A stretch of 63,888 bases of DNA, the filler included, from Reclinomonas americana ATCC 50394 (taxonomy: Eukaryota), in assembly GCA_048213135.1 (NCBI GenBank). It is 6 parts of 5 records of this genome, joined end to end, with 100 filler letters (N's around TTAATTAATTAA, not from the genome) between each part and the next. Parts side by side here need not be neighbours in the genome. Positions count along the whole stretch, not along the records: positions 48,826 to 56,872 come from PS015582.1; positions 56,973 to 63,888 come from PS015584.1; 4 more parts are not named here. The stretch is one strand, 5' to 3'. The stretch's first letter is position 1. Each line of letters opens with the position of its first letter. Positions 56,137 to 63,888 of the stretch are shown here, one piece after another. A program made the translations under genes and the position numbers. Under the pieces are notes generated by a model that worked only from the letters and a program-made list of their open reading frames with translations, did not search any database and was not told where the DNA came from.

Positions 56137-56617
56137 TTACGATAACTGGGCAAGCGCTTTGGCAAACCCAACTCCGGCGGTCTTGGCGGTGGTGGAGGCA
56201 GAGACGGGCAGCGTGGTGCGGCCGGGGCGGTTGGGGTCGGAGGGGGAGGGGGGTGGGAAGCTGGTGAGCCAGGTGAATTGGTCTTGGGTGGGTTGCCAGT
56301 ATTCGATGAGGACTGAAGGGGGGAAGGGGTGGAGAGGGAAGGGGGTGTAAGGGAAAGGGGGAATGAGTGCATATCCCTGTTTCTTTGCTGCGACTCTTTT
56401 CCTTCTACTAACTCTCTCTATCGCTGATTCTACTTCTCTCGCTTCTCTCTTCTCATACTCTGTCTATCTGGCTCTGTCCCTTCACAGCACTCACCGGAAT
56501 ACGACGACGCCTTTGTGGGCCTCACATTGACATCGATGACCTCGCCGGCCTCCACGCCCACGCAGTCGACAATCACGCCGTAGAACGGGACCGAGTGGGG
56601 CGCGATCAGAGAGCGAT
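56137..56617 (-). CDS. 3' exons of a hypothetical protein
   Basis: Exon ~56495-56617 (RSLIAPHSVPFYGVIVDCVGVEAGEVIDVNEAHKGVVVFR) has clean AG/GTGAG borders and splices to a terminal exon with TAA at 56137. Confidence 0.45.
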
Positions 56618-56722
56618 CTGGGAGGGAAAAAGATAGGGGAGTGAGAGGGGGAGACGGAAGGGGGAAGGGGAGGAGATTGTGAGAAACAGTGATAAGGGGT
56701 AAGAAGAGAGAGATGAGGGAGA

Positions 56723-56774
<52 letters not shown>

Positions 56775-56972
56775 GTACTCGTACGGACGGACGGGACGGG
56801 GTACGGGTACGGTAACGTCGTGGTAGGTAAGGAAAAGGAAAGGAAGAACGAACGGAACCGAACGAGGAACGGNNNNNNNNNNNNNNNNNNNNNNNNNNNN
56901 NNNNNNNNNNNNNNNNTTAATTAATTAANNNNNNNNNNNNNNNNNNNNNNNNNNNNNNNNNNNNNNNNNNNN

Positions 56973-59900
56973 CATCCTCGTCCTCCTCCTCCTCCTCATC
57001 CTCGTCCTCCTCCTCCTCCTCCTCCTCCTCCTCCTCCTCCTCTTTCTTCACCACCTCCATCTTCACCGGCTTCTCGTCACCCAGCACTGCATCATGCTCG
57101 TCAGATCGGATAATGGCACAACATGCAATAATGCAGGTGCTCTCAGATTACTGCATTTGGAGCACTCACCGGCACGTGCTATATCCGCCTTTGAAAGGCA
57201 ACCATCTCGAAGCAGAGTGGCCAGCAGGCCAGGACAAGTGCGGAGCATATGCATGGCCTGTGTGACAAATGGCAGAAGAACATTGGGCTTGCCGTTCTTC
57301 GGTAACTCTGCAGATTTCTGCCACTCAAGAAACGAGAAAGTGAGTCAAGAGTCATGGATACAAGACAACAAAAAAACCACGGTCCGCATGCCTCAGAGTA
57401 ACCACGCTCATCAATCACAATCGGTGGTCTCTCGACAGCATCCACCAGCTCAGCTCCTCGAAGTCCGCTATTCTGATGATTACATACACATTCGTGTCGA
57501 GTCAGCAAGCAGGCACGTCACTGTCGAATGTAGATCAAAGTCAACACGGAGACACTCACCTCGATGAAGTTGCTCACGCTCTCGAGAACACCTTCAACTG
57601 ACTTGAGCGTCTTGCTGCGTGCCGTGTTGGCACTGCAGGCAAGACTCTTGCCGAATGCAGACATGACTGCGGCTGACGGGCAACCCAGGCCCTTCGACAG
57701 CATGCCGCATTCGTCACAGGCAAGCTGGAAGAGAATGCGCAGATGATGGAGGACTGTGCATCTCATCACCAGGGGTGCCATTAGACCGAATGCCTTCACC
57801 AGGATCCTCTTCCTGTTGCAACCCTGCTCCGACGCGAGGTGAGCACATGGGAGTAACAGCATTTTCAGTGACATGCAGAGAGATAACAACAACACGAAAC
57901 AAGCAGTTTCGCCAGCATCAATTGCTCCTTGAAGCTTAACTTCGCAGGATTACTCTTGCGGCGCTGTGAAACACAAGCCATGCAGTATTGAGACGTACGT
58001 CATGCATGACAAAGAACGCAGCGTCGGGCGCACCTTCTTTCCCTTCGCGTCATCATCCTCATTGCCGCTGTCGTCCTCATCCACCTGCTCACCCTCCCTC
58101 TCCTCCTCTTTCTTCACCATCTCCATCTCCCTCACGGCTGTTCACTTTCTTGTCAGCACATGCATGCACTGTGCAGCAATGAAAAAAGTCATGCAGCCAA
58201 ACCTCTTTCACTGCGCCACTCAGCAGCGCGCACAATCTCCGCCTGCGAGAGGCAGCCGTCTCGCAGCAGAGTGGCAAGCAGGCCAGGACAGTTGCGCAGA
58301 GCCTGAATGGCCTGGATAACGAACAGCAGAAGAAAATTTGGAGGGCCTCCCTTCTGCGATTTTGCTGCTGATTCCTACCCTCCGACCCACATCAACGTGA
58401 GCCAACTTTCAACGACGTACATCAATCAGCACACACAATCTCACACGCGCCTCAGAGTAGCCACGCTCGTCAATCACAATCGGTGGTCTCTCGACAGCAT
58501 TCACAAGCTCAGCTCCCCGAAGACCACTTTTCTGATGGTGGCATCCACGTCAAAGTCGAGTCAGGGACCACGAACATTACAATTGGAAGGATACTCATAC
58601 AACACACCGACACACTCACCTCCACAAAGTTGCTCACGCTCTCGAGAACACCCTCAGCTGACTTGGGCGTCGTACTGCGTGCAACCCTGGCACTACCGGC
58701 AAGACTCTTGATAAATGCAGACATGACTGCGGATGACGGGCTGCCTGGTCCCACCGACGGTATTCCGCATTCGTCACAGGCAAGTTGGAGGAGAATGCGC
58801 TGATGATGGAGGACCGTGGATGGCAGCACCACGAGTGCCATGAAACCGAATGCTTTCACCAGTATCCTGATCTTGTTGCAACCCTGCTCCCAGGTATCAT
58901 GGGTAAATGGGAGCGAGAAACTAATGGCAGCATCGTTTGCGATAGGCAACAACACGCAACAAGCAATCTCGCCAGCATCAATTGCTCGTTGATGCTCAAC
59001 TTTGCAGGATCAATCTTGCGGCGCTGTGAAACACAAGCCACGCAGTATTAAGATGTACCTCTCGCATCTCACTGAAGAGGGCGTCGGGCGTACCTTCTTT
59101 CTGTTCGCCTCATCATCCTCATTCTCGCTGTCGTCATCATCATCCTCCGGCTCACACTCCCTCTCCTCCTCTTTCTTCGCCATCTCCATCTCCCTGACGA
59201 CTGGTCACTTGCTTGTCAGCACATGCATGCACTGTGCAGCAATGATGTCATGTAGCCAAACCTCTTTCACTGCACCACTCGGCGGCGCGCGCAATCTCCG
59301 CCTGCGAAAGACAGCCGTCTCGAAGCAGAGTGGCCAGCAAGCCAGGACAGCTGAGGAGAGCCTGCCTGGCCTGGGTGACGAACGGCAAAAGAAAATTAGG
59401 AGGGCCTCTCTTCTGCGACATTGCTGTTGATTCCTACCATCCGAGCCACAGCAATGTGAGCCAGCTTTCAATGACGTACATCAATCAGCACACACAGTTC
59501 ACACGCACCTCAGAGTAGCCACGCTCGTCAATCACAATCATCGGTCTCTCGACAACATCCACCAGCTCAGCTTCGCGAAGACCACTCTTCTGATGGCGAC
59601 ATCCACGTCGAAGTCAAGTCAGGTGCCACGCCCATAACGATCGGAAGGACACTGCACCACCACACTGGCACTCACCTCTATGAAGTTGCTCATGCTCTCG
59701 AGCACACCCTCCACCGACTTGGACGTTGTGGTGCGTGCCGTTTTGGCACTCTTGGCAAGACTCTTGCCAAATGCAGACAAGACTGCGGCTGAAGTGCAGC
59801 CTGGTCCCTCCGACGGCATTCCGCATTCGCCACTGGCAAGTTGGAAGAGAGCACGCTGATGAAGGAGGACTGTGGATTGCAGCGCCACGGGTGCCATCAA

Positions 59901-62900
59901 GCCAAATGCCTTCATCAGTATCCTGATCTTGTTGCAACCCTGCTCCAAGATGTGGTGAGCAGATGAGAGTGACAGCATTGTCGGCGACATGCATAGAGAT
60001 AACAGCAACACGCAACAAGCAGTTTCGACAGCATCAACTGCTCGTTAACACTCAACCTCGCACGACCACTCTTGTGGCGCTGTGGAGGGCAATCACGACA
60101 GAGTTAGGACACGCACCTGTCTCGCATCTAACGGAAGCGGGCGATGGGGGCGTACCTTGCCATCGTCCTCATCCTCCTGCTCGTCCTCCCTCTTCTCCTC
60201 TTTCTTCACCATTTCCAACCCCCTCAGTGCTGTTCAGCCGTTGGTGAACACATGCGCACAAACTGCAGCAACGCAAAGTCACACAGCCAAACCTCGTCCA
60301 CTGCACCACTCGACAGCACGTGTGATCTCCGACACGGACAGACATCCGTCTCGAAGAAGTGTGGCCAGCAGACCAGGGCAGCTGTGGAGAGCCTCCACGG
60401 CCTGTGTGACATATGGCAGAAAGGGATTCTGCTTGTTGTGCTTCATCCCCGGCATGTTTGACGACTCCTGACAACCGAATTCCAGAGCACAGAATGTGAG
60501 AAAACACCATTCACGACATAAAACGTACACAGAGCGCAAGGCGGGCATACCTCCGAAAAGCCGCGCTCATCCACCACAACCACAGGTCTCTCAATGGCGT
60601 CCGTCAGGGCAGCGCCACGCAGTTCACTCTTCTGCATAATGGCACATACTTTAGAGCTGGTCGTTGATTGATTCAGTAAAGTAATATGGACTGTACTCGC
60701 CTCGACAAAGTCGCTCAACATCTGAAGTACTCCCTCAACTGACTTGGCCGTCCTAGTGCGCGCCGATTCGACGACACTGACAAATATCTTGCCAAATGAG
60801 CTCATGACTGCCGACGACAGACAATTTGCTTTCGATGAAGCAACGCCACACTCCTTGCATGCCAAGTCAACAAGAACGCGCTGATGATGGCGGACGGTGG
60901 AACCCATCACGGTCGGTGCCATGATGCCAAAGGCCTTCACCAGTACCTTCTTCTTGTTGCAGCACTGCTCCCGCATGGAACACATCGGTCACTCAATCAG
61001 CCAGACGACTGCCAGAGAAAGACATAAATGCAAACACACGCAACAAGAAGCCTTGCCAGCAACAGCTGTTCATCCTTGCTCATCGCCGCAGAAACACTCC
61101 CTCGTCGCTGCGGACACACATCATGAGATGCTGTCACAGTGTGCACAGCCGCCACACCATCCATGGTCGTACTTTGCTCCTTTCACCATCGCCCACGTCG
61201 TCGACCTCATCGTCGTCCATTTCCTCCCTCGAATCATCCTCCCGTTCCTCCTCCTCCTCCTTCATCTCTTCTTTCTTCAGCACCTCCGCCTCCAGCAGAG
61301 CTGCAACTCGCTCGTCAGTTCTGACCCCAAGCACGGTAGGACGCACCCGATGCCATCAGACCTCTTTCGGCGCACCACTCGACGGCCCGTGCGATCTCCA
61401 CCTCCGAGAGACAGCCGTCTCGAATCAACGACGCTTGCAAGCCAGGACACTCACGCAGGGCCTGCGCGGCTTGGGAGACGAACGGCAGGAGACGGTCCGT
61501 GCTCCTCCCTTTACTCGCCACCGTCTGCCATGACTCCTACAGCACGACCGACATCGTGGAAGAAGCACGTAAGTCAACAACACAAAGCAGAAATACAAGA
61601 AGCGCACAGTGAAAAGTTGGCGCACCTCAGAATGGCCACGTTCATCCACCACAATCAGTGGTCTCTCGATGGTATCCGCCAGAGCGGCGCCGCGCAGTTC
61701 GCTCTTCTGTGCAGTTGCACACGCATCGTTGTTGGCTCACTTTCCAGTTATATGTGAGAGATGGACAGAACAGACAGATACTCACCTCGATGAACGCGCT
61801 CATGCTCTGAAGTACTCCCTCAATGGACTTGGGTGTGTTGGCGCGTGCATTTTGGACGACGTTGCCAAGACTCTTGCTGAATGAGTCCATGACTACGGAA
61901 GACGGAGAGCCAGCTCCTGATGAAGAAATGCCACACTCCTTGCAGGCGAGTTCAGCGAGAACGCGCTGATGATAGAAGACTGTGCTTCCCTTCACAGCAG
62001 GTGCCATGATGCCGTATGCCATCACCAGTATCTTCCTCTTGTTGCACAGCTGATATACACAAGCGCACGAAGCAGGTGTTACGACAAGCATGCACACGGA
62101 AGAATCAATCACTCAGCCTTGGTAAGGTGCTGGGGACATGCACACGACACGCAACAAGCAGTCTGTCCAACACCATTCGTTCGTCCTTGCTCATCTCCTC
62201 ATCGAACGCATGGCGACCGCACTTGACCCGCTGCAAATGCGCACACCACGGCACAATCAACACGTGCCTCACCAACCATACACAGACATTGTCTCGTTAT
62301 ACCTTTCTCGGCTTCGATTCTTCGTCACTGTCACTGCCGGTCTCCACCTGCGGACACACAAGGCATCAACGCTTGACCGAGACTCGCACATTCGCTACAA
62401 GCCTCTCTTACTCATGCACTATTGCTGCGTACCTTGATGCCATCGTCTTCAAGCTTGACGGCATCCTTCTCTTCTTCCACATCCTTCTCTTCCTTCACCA
62501 TCATCTTCACATCGCAAGATTCTGCGTGGTGCTGATCAATACCAGCGCAAGCAACATCAACAGCCGCACAAAACTGCAGACCTTTCGATTGGCACCACGC
62601 CACAGCACGTGACATCTCGGACTCGGAGAGGTGGCTGTCTCGAAGCAGAGCAGCCATGAGACTGTCGCACTCGCGCAACGCATCCATGGCCTGCTTGACA
62701 AACGGCTGAAGTTGGTCTTTCTGAGTCTTGCTTGAGGGGCGCAAAATCTCCCACGACTCCTGTCACAAGCAAGCCGAGTGAGCGCGGTCTATCGACATGA
62801 TCATGATCATGCCAAGACGAATGCACCTCCGAATATCCACGCTCATCAATCACAGTCAGCGGTCTCTCAACAGCATCCACCAGAGCTGCGCCACTGAGTT

Positions 62901-63825
62901 GGCTCATCTGTAGATTGAAATCATCTGCATGTCGGTTCACATGCCACGGTCATTCACAGGCACACATGCTTGCTCACCTTGATGTAGTTGTTCACGCGAT
63001 GTAGCACACCCTCCACTGATTTGGACATGTTGGCGCGTGCAGTACTGGCAGTCACGCCAAGTCTCTTGCCGAATGCATGCTTGACAGCAGACGACGTGCG
63101 ACCCGGCTCCGACAATGGAATCCCGCAATCGCCACAGGCCATCTCGAAGACAACGCTCTGATGGTGGACGACTGTGGATTGCTGAACAATGGGTGCCATC
63201 AACCCGAATGCCTTCACCAGAATCCTCTTCCGATTGCATCGCTGTGAGTGACACATGAAGAGATGAGGAGAAGGAGGAGCGATGCGGGTTGCAACGACGA
63301 CAGAGAGAATGCACACTCAACGAGCAGCTTGTTCAACAACAGCTTCTCGTCTGCGCTCAACTCCACCGGTTCTTTCGCAGCTTGACTCTTGCCACGCTGT
63401 GAATCCACGATGACACAAGAGAACCAGATGCAGATCTACGAACAAGCAGAACCATGACAATGACAGAGAATCCAAACCTTCTTCTTTTTCGGCGGCGCAA
63501 GCTCATCATCGCTGGATGCATCCACCTGTGGAGAATGTATGAAACATCAGGTGCGAACTGCGATGCACGAGCGAGAGGCAAGTTGAGACGCGTGCCTCAT
63601 CGAAGCTCGCCTCCAGAGAGCGCTTGCGGGACGATGTCTCATCTGAGTCACGTGCAGGCAAGTCCTCACTGTGATCCATCGAAGACGAGTCAACTCGCTG
63701 CCACCTCGCATGTTGCTGTGCAATCATCACAAGAGTGAGAGAGAGTTCAGTGAGAGACACGCTCATCTTGGGATGACATACAGCAACTGTACCTCGACGA
63801 TGCCTTCCATCGGTGAGTGTTCCAT
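56973..63825 (-). CDS. Unknown six-repeat protein, copy 2 (inverted paralog, apparently open)
   Basis: Six units, with core exons starting near 63240, 62050, 60965, 59940, 58885 and 57825, corresponding one-to-one to copy 1. No stop in the exons I checked. The acidic tail runs into the gap. The 5' end may extend further. Confidence 0.78.
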
Positions 63826-63888
63826 GTGCTCCTCGTGAGCAGCTGTGTCCACCCAGGCGAGACATCACGTGACCGAGAACACCAAAGG

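Noticed and set aside
56773..56872. ACGT/TACG-rich stretches (also 4176-4216, 11655-11686, 48826-48895)
   Set aside because: They occur only at contig ends next to microsatellites and look like pyrosequencing flow-order noise.

Overview
This is intron-rich eukaryotic nuclear DNA, probably from a protist: GT-AG introns, many microsatellites, N gaps and artificial TTAATTAATTAA spacers. It is not prokaryotic, and I found no CRISPR array, rRNA or tRNA. Main contents: (1) Six minus-strand paralogs encoding ankyrin repeats + coiled coil + an IRAK/Pelle/RLK-like kinase: four complete, one cut by the window edge, one with a disrupted kinase. Their kinase domains are near-invariant, while the ankyrin repeats vary almost only at ligand-contact ('DARPin') positions. 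This suggests a diversifying intracellular sensor-kinase family. (2) Two inverted ~7 kb paralogs of an unrecognised gene made of six tandem Cys/His-containing domains with acidic/basic linkers and a poly-Glu tail. (3) Housekeeping genes: DHX8/PRP22, a ZC2HC1-like zinc-finger gene, and a spliced bacterial-type split glycine decarboxylase P1 subunit (gcvPA). (4) Duplicated 4-TM membrane genes and a pair of small secreted-type paralogs. Gene models were spliced by eye. CDS coordinates are gene spans including introns.
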